The notes under the pieces are model-generated. The model did not search any database, had not been told where the DNA came from, and saw only the letters and a program-made list of their open reading frames with translations. Below are positions 46,021 through 56,724 of a DNA stretch of 64,000 bases, in pieces. The translations under genes and the position numbers were made by a program. Within the stretch, counting starts at the first letter, position 1, and every line of letters starts with the position of its first letter. This DNA is from an uncultured Chloroflexia bacterium (GTDB lineage: Bacteria > Chloroflexota > UBA6077 > CF-72): NCBI GenBank assembly GCA_963776625.1, contig CAVZNP010000004.1, forward strand, positions 311,288 through 375,287, in the 5' to 3' direction.

Positions 46021-47273
46021 TGCTCGACGTCATCGATCTCTCACTGGCCGAGGCCGGCCTGGCGCGTGTGCGCTGGGCCGAAGATCAGATGCCCGTGCTG
46101 CGCAGCATCCGTGAACGCTTCAGCCGTGAAAAGCCCCTTGCCGGCCTGCGCATTGGCGCGTGCCTGCACGTCACGACCGAGACCGCCAACTTGATGATCG
46201 CCCTCAAAGCCGCGGGCGCGTCGATCGCGCTGTGCGCGTCGAACCCGCTCTCGACCCAGGACGATGTCGCGGCGGCGCTAGCGGGCGAATTCGGTATTCC
46301 GACCTTCGCCGTCAAAGGCGAAGACGAGGAGACGTACTACCGCCACATCGAGGCGGTGCTGGCCACGCGCCCCAACATCACCATGGACGACGGCTGTGAC
46401 CTGGTCAACGTGCTGCACACGCGCCACGCGGCCCAGTTGTCTGAAGTCCGCGGCGGGACCGAAGAAACGACGACGGGAGTGATTCGCCTACGGGCGATGG
46501 CCAGGGATGGCGAGCTGCGCTTTCCGGTGGTCGCGGTCAACGAAGCGCTGACCAAGCACATGTTTGACAATCGCTACGGCACGGGGCAGAGCACGCTCGA
46601 CGGTCTGATACGGGCAACCAACCTGCTGCTGGCTGGGCGCACCTTTGTCGTGTGCGGCTACGGCTGGTGCGGCCGAGGCCTCGCCTCGCGCGCCCATGGC
46701 ATGGGCGCCCACGTGGTTGTGACCGAGGTCGACCCGACACGAGCTCTCGAGGCCCTGATGGACGGTTACCGGGTCATGCCGCTCATCGACGCGTGCAAGA
46801 TTGCCGATGTCATCATCACCCTGACAGGGGACGTCAACGTCATCGACGCGGCGCACTTTCAAGCGATGAAGGATGGCTGCATCGTGGCCAACTCGGGGCA
46901 CTTCGACGTCGAGATCAACATCCCCGCGCTTGCGGACCTGGCGCGCACACATCGACCGGTGCGGCAGTTCGTCGAGGAGTTCGAGCTGCGCGACGGTCGC
47001 CGAGTGTTCTTGCTGGCGGAGGGCCGTCTGCTCAACCTTTCGTCGGCGGAGGGCCACCCCGCGGCGGTTATGGACATGAGCTTCGCCAACCAGGCGCTGT
47101 GTGTGGTGTACATCGCTCAGAACGCCGACATGCTGGCGCCGGGCGTCTACGACGTGCCCGAAGACATCGACAAAGAGGTCGCCCGCCTGAAGCTGGCGAG
47201 CCTTGGGGTGCGCATCGACGAGCTGACCGAAGAGCAGCGTCGCTATCTTGCCTCGTGGGAGGCCGGAACGTAG
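46020..47273 (+). CDS. ahcY: adenosylhomocysteinase
   Basis: [24 protein letters not shown] and the NAD-binding site [10 protein letters not shown]. It has an ATGA overlap with mtnP. Confidence 0.95.
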   Translation: MLDVIDLSLAEAGLARVRWAEDQMPVLRSIRERFSREKPLAGLRIGACLHVTTETANLMIALKAAGASIALCASNPLSTQDDVAAALAGEFGIPTFAVKGEDEETYYRHIEAVLATRPNITMDDGCDLVNVLHTRHAAQLSEVRGGTEETTTGVIRLRAMARDGELRFPVVAVNEALTKHMFDNRYGTGQSTLDGLIRATNLLLAGRTFVVCGYGWCGRGLASRAHGMGAHVVVTEVDPTRALEALMDGYRVMPLIDACKIADVIITLTGDVNVIDAAHFQAMKDGCIVANSGHFDVEINIPALADLARTHRPVRQFVEEFELRDGRRVFLLAEGRLLNLSSAEGHPAAVMDMSFANQALCVVYIAQNADMLAPGVYDVPEDIDKEVARLKLASLGVRIDELTEEQRRYLASWEAGT

Positions 47274-47311
47274 TTTCGGCCTCCGCTAAGTAGGTTCGCC
47301 GTAGGGGGAGA

Positions 47312-48163
47312 CTACGTTCCCTCCAGTTCGAGCGCGCGCACCTTCAGGTAGTGGCGGCCGCTTCGCGGGATGGGGAAGTCCACGCTCGGCTCACGCCAGC
47401 GATCGACGCTCGCAGGTCGTCGGTCGGCAAGCAACAGGCCTTCGCGCAGCCACGCGTCGAAACGAGCGTCGGAGGTTTGCGCGTGGTTGGTCACCGCGAG
47501 CAGGCGTCCGCCACGGGCGACAACATTCGCGGCTGCCGCCACCAGGCGCGGGTAGTCGTGCGTCACCGAAAACGGCGTGCTGCTGAAACTTGGCGGGTCG
47601 ACGATCACGACGTCGAAGACTTGCGAACGTCGGGCGAAACGATTCAGCCAGTCGAAGCTGTCGCCGTAGATGAAGTCGCGGTCGTCGATGGCCAGTCCGT
47701 TCGCCACGTAATTCGCCTTGCCCCAGTCGAGGTAAGGCCGAGACACGTCGACGTTGACCACACGCCCTGCGCCGCCGAGCGTCGCGCACACGCCCAGAGA
47801 GCAGGTATAGGCAAAGAGGTTCAATACTGAGCGGCCCGCGCACACGGAGCGAAGCCAGAGGCGCACCTCGCGCATGTCGAGGAACAAGCCCACCGACAGG
47901 CCGGCCTGGGGACGTACGACGTAGGCGACGCCATTCTCGACGACCATCACCTTGGCACGCGACGTGCCCCACGCCGGTTCGGCGGGCGCCAGATCGCGGC
48001 GGGCGTCCTCGGACAGACGAGCGGTCGACGGCGGGTGGACTTTCACGTAAGCAGTCGGACACAGCGTGGCAAACTCGGCACGGATTGACGGTATCCAGCT
48101 ATCGGCCAGCAAGGCCGAGTCCGCGCGGATCACCGCCACGTCCGCGTAGCGGTCGACGCTCAC
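47312..48163 (-). CDS. class I SAM-dependent methyltransferase (RlmI-like, no PUA domain); conserved N-terminus extends upstream of the listed start
   Basis: Motif I (LNLFAYTCSLG) and motif IV (VIVDPPSF) are present. The family motif AYRLLNGLADGVPGVSVDRY begins upstream of the first canonical start at GTG 48163, in the same open frame. Confidence 0.75.
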   Translation of the reverse strand: MSVDRYADVAVIRADSALLADSWIPSIRAEFATLCPTAYVKVHPPSTARLSEDARRDLAPAEPAWGTSRAKVMVVENGVAYVVRPQAGLSVGLFLDMREVRLWLRSVCAGRSVLNLFAYTCSLGVCATLGGAGRVVNVDVSRPYLDWGKANYVANGLAIDDRDFIYGDSFDWLNRFARRSQVFDVVIVDPPSFSSTPFSVTHDYPRLVAAAANVVARGGRLLAVTNHAQTSDARFDAWLREGLLLADRRPASVDRWREPSVDFPIPRSGRHYLKVRALELEGT

Positions 48164-48251
48164 ACCCGGTACGCCGTCGGCCAGGCCGTTCAGCAGGCGA
48201 TACGCGGTCAGATCCGCGCGCGAAGCCAGCGGGACGCGGCGCGCCAGGGCG

Positions 48252-50132
48252 TCAGCGATACGAGGCGGCCTGGAGATTGAACAGCTCCGCGTAGCGCCCG
48301 TCGAGCGCCACCAGCTCTTCGTGCGTTCCCTCTTCGATCAGCCGACCGTGCTCGAACACCAGGATGCGGTCCGCGCGGCGCACCGTCGAAAAGCGGTGTG
48401 AAATGAAAATCGCGGTCCGCCCGTACGCCAGCTCCTGCAGTCGCGAGAACAGCTCATATTCGGCTTTGGCGTCCAGCGCGGCCGAAGGCTCGTCCAGGAT
48501 CAGAATCTGCGCCTCACGCATGAAGGCGCGACCCAACGCCACTTTCTGCCACTCGCCGCCGCTCAAATTGACACCACCGTCGAACCACTTGCCCAGGACC
48601 GTCTCGTACCCCTGCGGCAAGCCCTCGATGACCCCCGCGGCGCCGCTCTTGGCCGCCGCATCCACGATGGCCGGCAACTCGTCAAGTCGCTCGATTCGGC
48701 CCAGCCCAATGTTCTCGCGGGCGCTGAACTGGTACGGCACGTAGTCCTGAAAAAGGACGCCGAATTCGTTGCGCAGCGCATTCGGGTCGTACTCACGCAG
48801 ATCGTGCCCGTCGATCAGGACCTGACCCTCCTGCGGGTCGTAGAGGCGCGCCAGCAGCTTCACCAGCGTGGTCTTCCCCGCCCCATTGTGGCCGACAATT
48901 GCCACGGTTTCGCCCGGTGCGATCGAAAAACTCACGTCATCGAGCGCCGGCTCGTCCTTACCTTCGTAGGTGTAGCTCACGTTGCGGAACTCGATGCCCT
49001 GCTGGATCGGGCGGCCGAACGCAACGGGGTGCTCGGGCGCGCGGACCAACGGCCTGAAGTCGAGCAGCTCGAAGAGCGTCTGCAGGTACAACTGGTGCTC
49101 GTACATCGATTGCAGGGCGCTCAGCACGGCTGAAAAGGCCTGGGAGACGCCATCCGCGGCCTGGACGTACATCGTCAGACCGCCCACGCTGATCGCGCCT
49201 TGCAGCGTGCGATAGGCGACATACAAAAAGGTCAGTCCGCTGGTCAGGACCGTCAGCATCGACCACGCGGCGCCTGCCACGTAACGTCGGATGACCAGTC
49301 CACGCATCTCGACGTAGTAGCGCTGGAAGAGCCTGGAGAAACGCTCGATGAAAAAATCGCCGAGCGTGAACAGCTTGATCTCCTTGTTGTACATGTCGGT
49401 CGTGAGCAGGTTCGTCAGGTAGCCCATCATGCGCCGCAGCGGCGATTGCCAGCGCATCATCTGGTAGCCCTGCCACCCGTAGCGTGCCCCCGAGATGAAG
49501 GCGGGGATGGGTGCGATGAGCGCCGCCGCGGCGATGAACCAGTCCAGGCCGACGAGCAGCGCCAGGAGCGAGACGAACGTCAGGATCTGGCGGATCAGCA
49601 TGAAAGCCGTCTGGACCATCTGCACCGGACGGTAGGCGGCCTCCCGCTGGACCGACTGCAGCAGGTCATAGAACTGTGGCCGTTCGAAAAAAACGAGATC
49701 GAGCTCGTTCGCGTGCCGCATGACGAGCAACTGAATGCGGTTGGCGACCTGTTCCTGGAGCAACTGCTGACAGATATTCGACGCGGTGCCGGCGACGTTA
49801 CTGAATGCGCCGATGGCGAATTGCAGCGCAACCAGGAACGCCACCTGCGGCAGCGCGGCGGTGCCTGCGCCCGTCGTCACGGCGGAGACCACCGCATCGA
49901 CGAGCAGCTTTGAGAGCCAGACGCGCACGGCTGGCACCGCGCCCTGCAGCAGGTTGAGGACGGCAAGAGCGAGGGTCAAGCCCGGGTTGGCGTCCCACAC
50001 CAGCGCAAGCACGCGTCGAAAGCCATTCCACGTGGTTCGCGTGCTCTTCCACATGACGCGAGGGCTGAAGCCTGCACCGCCGCCCCCGGCGCGCGAAGGC
50101 GGGGGTCGTCGTCCCGTTCGTGGACGTTGCAT
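48252..50132 (-). CDS. ABC exporter, fused permease/ATPase (MsbA/type I exporter-like)
   Basis: Six N-terminal TM helices, Walker A (GHNGAGKTT), the signature LSGGEWQ and Walker B (ILILDEPS). The start may be ATG 50054 (MWKSTRTTW). Confidence 0.85.
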   Translation of the reverse strand: MQRPRTGRRPPPSRAGGGGAGFSPRVMWKSTRTTWNGFRRVLALVWDANPGLTLALAVLNLLQGAVPAVRVWLSKLLVDAVVSAVTTGAGTAALPQVAFLVALQFAIGAFSNVAGTASNICQQLLQEQVANRIQLLVMRHANELDLVFFERPQFYDLLQSVQREAAYRPVQMVQTAFMLIRQILTFVSLLALLVGLDWFIAAAALIAPIPAFISGARYGWQGYQMMRWQSPLRRMMGYLTNLLTTDMYNKEIKLFTLGDFFIERFSRLFQRYYVEMRGLVIRRYVAGAAWSMLTVLTSGLTFLYVAYRTLQGAISVGGLTMYVQAADGVSQAFSAVLSALQSMYEHQLYLQTLFELLDFRPLVRAPEHPVAFGRPIQQGIEFRNVSYTYEGKDEPALDDVSFSIAPGETVAIVGHNGAGKTTLVKLLARLYDPQEGQVLIDGHDLREYDPNALRNEFGVLFQDYVPYQFSARENIGLGRIERLDELPAIVDAAAKSGAAGVIEGLPQGYETVLGKWFDGGVNLSGGEWQKVALGRAFMREAQILILDEPSAALDAKAEYELFSRLQELAYGRTAIFISHRFSTVRRADRILVFEHGRLIEEGTHEELVALDGRYAELFNLQAASYR

Positions 50133-50233
50133 CTGTGAGGCCGACCCGCGCCGCAGCCTCGCGCCGTGCGCGACGAGCCTGACGAGGCCCGCCAGGACCG
50201 CCGTACATCATTCAGGTGTGATGCTGGATGATC

Positions 50234-53200
50234 TCACGCGGATGCGAGCGCGGGTGCCATTACATCGGGTAGTTCCGCGGCCCCCACTCTGGGCAGCGCC
50301 GCAACCAGCGCGTACAGCCGCTCCATCCACGTGTTGCCATTGCCACGTGCAAAGCGGAGCTGGTTACTGCCGCGTTTCAACGCCACACCAGCCGTACGCG
50401 AGAGCTGATCAAGGTTCAGCGCTGGCAGGCGGTCAAACTTGACGATCACTTCGTCGTGGGTCGCCGTGAGCGCTTCTACACCCACTTCGGCGGCGCGCAG
50501 TCGCAAGCTGGTCAGATACACGAGCTGCTGCGCTGGCTCGGCCAGGGTCCCGAAGCGGTCCTCAACCTCGCTGACGAGACTGGCCAGCTGCTCGTCTGCT
50601 TCGACCGCCGAAAAGCGCTGATACAGACGCAGCCGCACCGGATCGTCATTCACGTACTCAGGTGGGATAAAGGCATTGACAGGCAGGTCGAGCGACGGCC
50701 ACACGCGCTCGAATGGCAACCGCGCGCCGCCGTCGTGCCGCACCTTGAGGAGGTCGACCTGCTCGGCCAGCAAGCGGGTGTACAGGTCAAAGCCGACGGC
50801 TGCAATGTGGCCGCTTTGCGCCGCTCCGAGCAAGTTGCCCGCGCCGCGAATCTCGAGGTCTTTCATCGCGATGCGCATGCCCGCACCCAGCTCGGTAGCC
50901 TCGAAGATGGTCTTCAGGCGTTCTTGAGCAACCTCGCTGAGCGCCATATCCTTGCCGTACAGCAGGTAGGCATACGCGCGGCTGGCACTGCGGCCCACGC
51001 GGCCGCGCAGCTGATAGAGCTGTGCCAGGCCGAACCGGTGCGCGCTGTTGATGACCAGCGTGTTGGCATTCGGGATATCCAGACCCGACTCGATGATGGT
51101 CGTGCACACCAACACGTCGAACTCGCCTTCGGCGAAAGCGAGCATAGTCCTTTCGAGCTGATCCTCGGGCATCTGGCCGTGCGCGACGGCAATCTGCGCT
51201 TCAGGCACCAGCCGTCGCAAGCGATTGGCGATGGTCTCGATGCCCTGTACGCGGTTGTTGACGAAGTACACCTGCCCGCCGCGATCGATCTCGCGCAGGA
51301 TGGCCTCCTGAACCAGGCCGTCGTCGTACTCGGTGACGTACGTTCGAACTGGCAGACGCGCCTCGGGCGCGGTTTCCAGAATGCTCATGTCGCGCACGCC
51401 TACCAGCCCCATGTGTAGCGTGCGCGGGATGGGCGTCGCCGTGAGCGTCAGGACGTCGACTTCGCGCCGCAGTTGCTTCAGCCGCTCCTTGTGCGCGACG
51501 CCGAAACGCTGCTCTTCGTCGATCACCACCAGCCCCAGATTCTTGAACTCGACGTCCCGCTGCACCAGGCGGTGTGTGCCGATGCAAATGTCGATGCTGC
51601 CGTTTGCCAGTCCAGCGATGATCTCGCGCTGTTCTTTGTCAGAACGGAAGCGCGAGAGCATCTCGACTTTGACCGGAAAGGCACTCAGACGTTCGCGAAA
51701 GGTATTGAAGTGCTGCTGCGCCAGCACGGTGGTTGGCACCAGCACGGCGACTTGCCTGCCGTCCTGAACCGCTTTGAAGGCCGCGCGCAGGGCGACCTCC
51801 GTCTTGCCGAAGCCGACGTCTCCGACGAGCAGTCGGTCCATTGGCCGCGGCGACTCCATGTCCGCCTTGACGTCCTGAATCGCCTGCTCCTGGTCGGGAG
51901 TCTCTTCGTACGGAAAGCTGCCCTCGAGCTCGAGCTGCCAGGACGTGTCGTCCGGGTAGGCGTGGCCCTCCAGGGCGGAGCGTGCCCCGTACAGCTCCAT
52001 GAGTTCCATGGCGAGGTCGCGCACCGAGCGGCGGACCCTGGCCTTGGCGCGCACCCATTCGCCACTGCCCAGGCGCGTGAGTGACGGATCAGCATCGCCG
52101 GCACCGATGTACCGACCAACCCGGTCGGCCTGGGAGATCGGAACGTACAGGTTGTCGCCCTCGGCGTAGTGCAGCAACAGGAATTCGGCGTGTCCCGGCA
52201 GGTCGATCGCGGCCTCCTGGCCGGGCACGGCGCCGGCCGAGGTGCGCACCAGGCCGCCGTAGCGAGCGATGCCGTGGTCGACGTGGACGACGAGGTCCCC
52301 CGGCTGCAGATCGGCGATGAACGATTCGCGCGCGGCGGCCGTCGTCTGCGAGGCCAGCCTGCGCGTGGGGGCCGAGCGACGCTGCTTCGTCCAGCCAAAG
52401 ATCTCACTGTCAGTGAGCAGCGCCAGCCCGAGCTCGTCGGAGATCCAACCCTCGCGCAGCAGCCCGTGCACGAGCTCGACTCTCTCCGGCGGATCGCTCA
52501 CCACTTCGTGGGGGCTCGAGGTGACGCCTTGCTCGGTGAGCAGCTCCGACAGGCGGCTGGCCTGCTGGCTGACCACAATCGTGCTGAACTTGCCTTCGAC
52601 AAGACTGGCCAGAAACGGTTCGAGCCGACTGCCGTACTTGGGCGCGTGGGCGAAGGGCAACCCTTCGACGTCGGGATCGAAACGCAGCTCGACACAGTCC
52701 GCGCGTACGCGGCGGGTTGCCTCGCGCCAGGGTCGATATGGCCGCGCCAGGCCGGGTGGCACCTCACCTCGCTCCAGCAAGTCCGCGTGGAGCTGTTCAA
52801 CCTGCTCTTCGAACTCCACCGCAAAACGCGTCAGACCGTCAGGCTCTTCCAGGATCAGCACGCCGTCTTCGGACAGGTAGTCGACGAGCGTCGCCGAGCC
52901 CAGAAAGCCCCGATAGAACTCGAGCGAGGCAAACGCGTGCGTGCCATCGCGCAGCAAGCGCAGGTCCCGCGCGAACGCGTCGATGAACTGCGGCCGCAGA
53001 CTGTCGATGCTGAGCGCGACGCCGAGCGGCTTTGGCAGAACCTCGTGCGCGGGCCCGATCGAGGCTGAGTCCAGTTGCTTCGTCGAGCGCTGCGTGGCCG
53101 GGTCGAAGACACGGATCGTGTCCACGTCATCGCCCCACAACTCGATACGCAGCGGCTCGCCGCCGGGCGGAAACACGTCAAGGATGCCGCCGCGTCGGCT

Positions 53201-53752
53201 GAAGAGGCCCGGCCCATCGACGAGTGCCGACGGCTCGTACCCGAGGCGCAGCCACTGGGTGGCGAGCTCGGCGGGCGGCAGGCTGTCACCGCGCCGCACG
53301 ACGCGGTGGCTGTCGCGGAACGCCTGCGGTTCGAGTACCAGGTCCATGGCTGCGCGAACCGACGCGACGACCAGGGGAGGATTGTTGTTTGGAGCGTGCT
53401 GGAGGCCAGACAGCCGCTCGAGCGCGGTGAGCCGCTCGGTGAGCTTGTCCGGGTCGCTCGGCAGGCGATCGTACGGCAGGGCGTCCGTTTCGGGGAACAG
53501 CAGCACAGCATCGGGATCGGCGGCCCAGGCACGTAGCTCGTTGGCGTACACGCGCGCCTCGGAAGGGCGACCCGTGATCAGCAGCATCGGCCGGCGCAGG
53601 GCAGCATGCAGCGCCGCTAGCGCGAAGGCGCGTGCCGGCGTGATCGCCGACAGAACCCGCGGGCCAGCGCCGCTCGGTGTTCGCAGCGACTCGACCAGCC
53701 GTTCGAAGTCCGGATATCGGTCGAGGGCCGCCAGGAGAGGGTGCAGCCGCAT
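50234..53752 (-). CDS. mfd: transcription-repair coupling factor
   Basis: 1172-aa ORF with a CarD-like RNAP-interacting domain and SF2 motifs (GDVGFGKTEVA, DEEQRFG). It shows the mfd-pth synteny. Confidence 0.95.
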   Translation of the reverse strand: MRLHPLLAALDRYPDFERLVESLRTPSGAGPRVLSAITPARAFALAALHAALRRPMLLITGRPSEARVYANELRAWAADPDAVLLFPETDALPYDRLPSDPDKLTERLTALERLSGLQHAPNNNPPLVVASVRAAMDLVLEPQAFRDSHRVVRRGDSLPPAELATQWLRLGYEPSALVDGPGLFSRRGGILDVFPPGGEPLRIELWGDDVDTIRVFDPATQRSTKQLDSASIGPAHEVLPKPLGVALSIDSLRPQFIDAFARDLRLLRDGTHAFASLEFYRGFLGSATLVDYLSEDGVLILEEPDGLTRFAVEFEEQVEQLHADLLERGEVPPGLARPYRPWREATRRVRADCVELRFDPDVEGLPFAHAPKYGSRLEPFLASLVEGKFSTIVVSQQASRLSELLTEQGVTSSPHEVVSDPPERVELVHGLLREGWISDELGLALLTDSEIFGWTKQRRSAPTRRLASQTTAAARESFIADLQPGDLVVHVDHGIARYGGLVRTSAGAVPGQEAAIDLPGHAEFLLLHYAEGDNLYVPISQADRVGRYIGAGDADPSLTRLGSGEWVRAKARVRRSVRDLAMELMELYGARSALEGHAYPDDTSWQLELEGSFPYEETPDQEQAIQDVKADMESPRPMDRLLVGDVGFGKTEVALRAAFKAVQDGRQVAVLVPTTVLAQQHFNTFRERLSAFPVKVEMLSRFRSDKEQREIIAGLANGSIDICIGTHRLVQRDVEFKNLGLVVIDEEQRFGVAHKERLKQLRREVDVLTLTATPIPRTLHMGLVGVRDMSILETAPEARLPVRTYVTEYDDGLVQEAILREIDRGGQVYFVNNRVQGIETIANRLRRLVPEAQIAVAHGQMPEDQLERTMLAFAEGEFDVLVCTTIIESGLDIPNANTLVINSAHRFGLAQLYQLRGRVGRSASRAYAYLLYGKDMALSEVAQERLKTIFEATELGAGMRIAMKDLEIRGAGNLLGAAQSGHIAAVGFDLYTRLLAEQVDLLKVRHDGGARLPFERVWPSLDLPVNAFIPPEYVNDDPVRLRLYQRFSAVEADEQLASLVSEVEDRFGTLAEPAQQLVYLTSLRLRAAEVGVEALTATHDEVIVKFDRLPALNLDQLSRTAGVALKRGSNQLRFARGNGNTWMERLYALVAALPRVGAAELPDVMAPALASA

Positions 53753-53759
53753 CGAAGTA

Positions 53760-54407
53760 CTAGCTGTTGTTGTAACGGTTCATCGCCACGGCCGCGCCGT
53801 GTTCCGCCCACTCTACTGCCGCGTCACTCGCCCGATTGATCAAGTCCGCCATGGCGGCCTGCTCATCCGTATTGAACTCACCCAGGACGTGCGAAGTTGC
53901 GCCGCCCGGTGACGACTGGCCGATGCCCACCCGCAGACGGGCCACGTCGTCGGTCTGGAGGACCGAGATGACCGAGCGCATGCCGTTGTGCGTGCCGGGA
54001 CTGCCGCGCTCGCGCAGCCGCAAGCGGCCGAAGGGAAGGTCCATGTCGTCGTAGACGATCAGCGTCTGCTGGGGGCGCAACTCGAGGAATCCGATCAGGT
54101 CACGCACGGCGGTGCCGCTCCGATTCATGAACGTCTGGGGCTTGGCGAGGACGATGGTCAGCTCCGCGCGTGCGGGCATCACCGCGACACACGACGCCAG
54201 GCCCTGGGTTTTGTTCTGCCACGCGACGTGATGGCGTCTGGCGAGCTCGTCGACACACCTGAACCCCACGTTGTGACGGGTATCGGCGTAGTCCGGGCCA
54301 GGGTTGCCGAGGCCGACCACGAGCCGCGTCTGGAGCGGGTCCAGCCCGGCGAGCGACTCGCTGGACGGCCGTCGAAACAGGCCGCGGAGGGCGTCGAGGA
54401 GGCTCAA
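53760..54407 (-). CDS. pth: peptidyl-tRNA hydrolase
   Basis: LVVGLGNPGPDYADTRHNVGF and GTHNGMRS. The N-terminal ~25 aa may not be translated. Confidence 0.9.
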   Translation of the reverse strand: MSLLDALRGLFRRPSSESLAGLDPLQTRLVVGLGNPGPDYADTRHNVGFRCVDELARRHHVAWQNKTQGLASCVAVMPARAELTIVLAKPQTFMNRSGTAVRDLIGFLELRPQQTLIVYDDMDLPFGRLRLRERGSPGTHNGMRSVISVLQTDDVARLRVGIGQSSPGGATSHVLGEFNTDEQAAMADLINRASDAAVEWAEHGAAVAMNRYNNS

Positions 54408-54413
54408 GCCCGC

Positions 54414-55826
54414 TCAGTACGCATTGCGATCGCGAATGACCGTCGCCAGCGTCTTGAGCAGGATCTTCACGTCGAAGGCCAGCGACCACGTTTCCACGTA
54501 AAAGAGGTCGTACTCGGTCCGCTCCACGATGGACGTCTGGCCGCGCAGGCCATTCACCTGCGCCCAGCCCGTCATGCCGGCCTTTTCCATGTGGCGCTCG
54601 CGATACCTCGGCACGAGATTGGCAAACTGCGCCACAAATTCGGGTCGCTCGGGCCGCGGACCGACCAGGCTCATCTCCCCAACCAGCACATTGATCAGCT
54701 GCGGCACTTCGTCGAGGCTGAAGCGACGAATAATTTCACCCAGCGGCGTGCGCCGCGGGTCGTTCGGCACCGCCCAGACTGGCCCTGACTCCGCCTCGGC
54801 GTCTGGCCGCATCGAGCGGAACTTCAGCATGTAGAACGGCTTGCCATCGAGACCCACGCGCTCCTGGACGTAGAGCACTGGCCCATGCGGCGACGTCAGC
54901 TTCACCAGCAACGCCATCAGCAGGAACCACCACGACAGCGCGACCAGCATGGTCCAGCTCACTGCCACATCCAGCGCTCGCTTGAGAAAGCGCATCCACC
55001 CGCGCAAGGTGACGTCGCGCACGCGCATCAGCGGCAAGCCCGTGAGCTCGCTGGTCTCGACCTCACGCGCCATCAGCTCAAAGATGTCTGGAAAGATTTT
55101 GATGTCGACTCGCTGTTGGGTGCAGCCGGCGATCAGGTCCACCAGGTCGGGGTGACTGATGCCTGCCCAGGCGATGATGACTTCGCCAATGCCCTGGTCG
55201 CGGACAATGCGCGGCACGTCCTTCAGGTGACCGAGCACCGGCCGCACCAGCGGGGCGGGCGAGCCGTTGCCAATAAAGCCGACGATGCGATAGCCCAGCT
55301 CCGGCGCATCACGGATTTTGGCTTCGACGAGCTGCGCCTGTTCGCCGTCGCCCACGATGAGCACGCGCTCGAGATCGCGCCCGTGGCGGTGAGCATCACG
55401 CAAGAGCGCGTCTAGGACGAGTCGGCTGAACCAGACGAGCACGATCGACAGCAACGCCCAGTACACGAGCATGAGGCGGGGCGGCTCGAGAGCGCGATAG
55501 ACGAAGAACGTGACACTCAGCGCGCCGAGCCAGCCGATGCCCACCGCCGCGGCGACCTGATACAGCAAATCCACGCGGCCGAACCCGCGGCGGGGAATAT
55601 ACAGGCGACGGATAGCAAAGACGACCATGATGACGAGCACGCACAGCAGCGCCAGGTCGTCATAGGTCGACGGCGGGTTCGCGGGCTGGTCGGGCCGCGT
55701 GTCCGACAGCACACGCAGGTGGTAGGCCAACACGAAGGCCAGTCGCAGCATGATCAGGTCCGACACCAGCAGTGCCACGACATACAGCCCGCGCATGCCC
55801 CTCAGACTCCCCGGCACTTCCGCCAC
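54414..55826 (-). CDS. polyprenyl-phosphate glycosyl-1-phosphate transferase (WbaP/exopolysaccharide priming enzyme family)
   Basis: Multiple N-terminal TM helices, a central Rossmann-like region and a C-terminal sugar-transferase domain (..LVGPRPERPEF..). Confidence 0.9.
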   Translation of the reverse strand: MAEVPGSLRGMRGLYVVALLVSDLIMLRLAFVLAYHLRVLSDTRPDQPANPPSTYDDLALLCVLVIMVVFAIRRLYIPRRGFGRVDLLYQVAAAVGIGWLGALSVTFFVYRALEPPRLMLVYWALLSIVLVWFSRLVLDALLRDAHRHGRDLERVLIVGDGEQAQLVEAKIRDAPELGYRIVGFIGNGSPAPLVRPVLGHLKDVPRIVRDQGIGEVIIAWAGISHPDLVDLIAGCTQQRVDIKIFPDIFELMAREVETSELTGLPLMRVRDVTLRGWMRFLKRALDVAVSWTMLVALSWWFLLMALLVKLTSPHGPVLYVQERVGLDGKPFYMLKFRSMRPDAEAESGPVWAVPNDPRRTPLGEIIRRFSLDEVPQLINVLVGEMSLVGPRPERPEFVAQFANLVPRYRERHMEKAGMTGWAQVNGLRGQTSIVERTEYDLFYVETWSLAFDVKILLKTLATVIRDRNAY

Positions 55827-55827
55827 G

Positions 55828-56724
55828 TCAGAACCCCACGCGCCGTTCGCCCGGGCTGGTCAGCAGCGTGCGAAACATGGCAAGACCCAACGCGGCATAA
55901 ATGGATGTTCGAACGGCCCCCGTCAGGAGCGGATGGTACTGCTGAACGTAATGCTTGCGATAGAACAGGTCCATGGCGCGAAAGAAATAGAAGTTGGTCC
56001 GCAGGGCGCGTTGCCGACTGGCCGCGCCGTGTTGATGTTCGACGACGATCGACGGCTCATAGCGAACGGTCCAGCCAGCCTGCCGCGCTCGCAGACACCA
56101 GTCGAGATCCTCACCGTACATAAAGAAGCGCTCGTCGAGCATCCCGACGCGCTCGATGACCTCGCGGTGTACCAGCATGCACGCGCCACAGACGGAGTCG
56201 ACTTCGATGGCAAGTTCAGGATCGACGTACGTCAGGTTGTAGCGCCCGAAGCGTGCGCTACCGGGTAGCAGCCGACTCAAACCAGAGAATCGGTAGAACG
56301 ACACGGGCGGCGTCGGAAACGAACGGCGACAGGCCAGGTGCATGCTGCCGTCGGGCCGCACGAGCTTGGGGCCGATGATGCCCGCCTCAGGGTGCTCGCG
56401 AAGCTTGTGGACCAACGCCGCCAGGCCACCCGGCGGCATGAGCGTGTCAGGGTTCAAGATCAGCACGGCATCGCCCTGAGCACATCTCAGCGCCTGATTG
56501 TTACCGAAGGCAAATCCGCCATTGCGCGGCGAGCGAATCAGGCGCACCCACGCAAATTCGGCCGCCACCATGTCTGCCGAACCATCCGAGGAGGCGTTGT
56601 CGACCACGAACACCTCGACCTGCAGACGTTCCGGGGACGCTGGCACAGCACCGCGGAGTGTCTCGAGGCACGTCCGCAGGTGCTCACGCGTGTTGTAGTT
56701 CAGGACGACGATCGAGACGTCCAT
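55828..56724 (-). CDS. glycosyltransferase family 2
   Basis: VSIVVLNYNTREHL..VVDNASSDGS and DxD-type GT-A motifs. Its start lies 2 nt from the upstream gene's stop. Confidence 0.85.
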   Translation of the reverse strand: MDVSIVVLNYNTREHLRTCLETLRGAVPASPERLQVEVFVVDNASSDGSADMVAAEFAWVRLIRSPRNGGFAFGNNQALRCAQGDAVLILNPDTLMPPGGLAALVHKLREHPEAGIIGPKLVRPDGSMHLACRRSFPTPPVSFYRFSGLSRLLPGSARFGRYNLTYVDPELAIEVDSVCGACMLVHREVIERVGMLDERFFMYGEDLDWCLRARQAGWTVRYEPSIVVEHQHGAASRQRALRTNFYFFRAMDLFYRKHYVQQYHPLLTGAVRTSIYAALGLAMFRTLLTSPGERRVGF

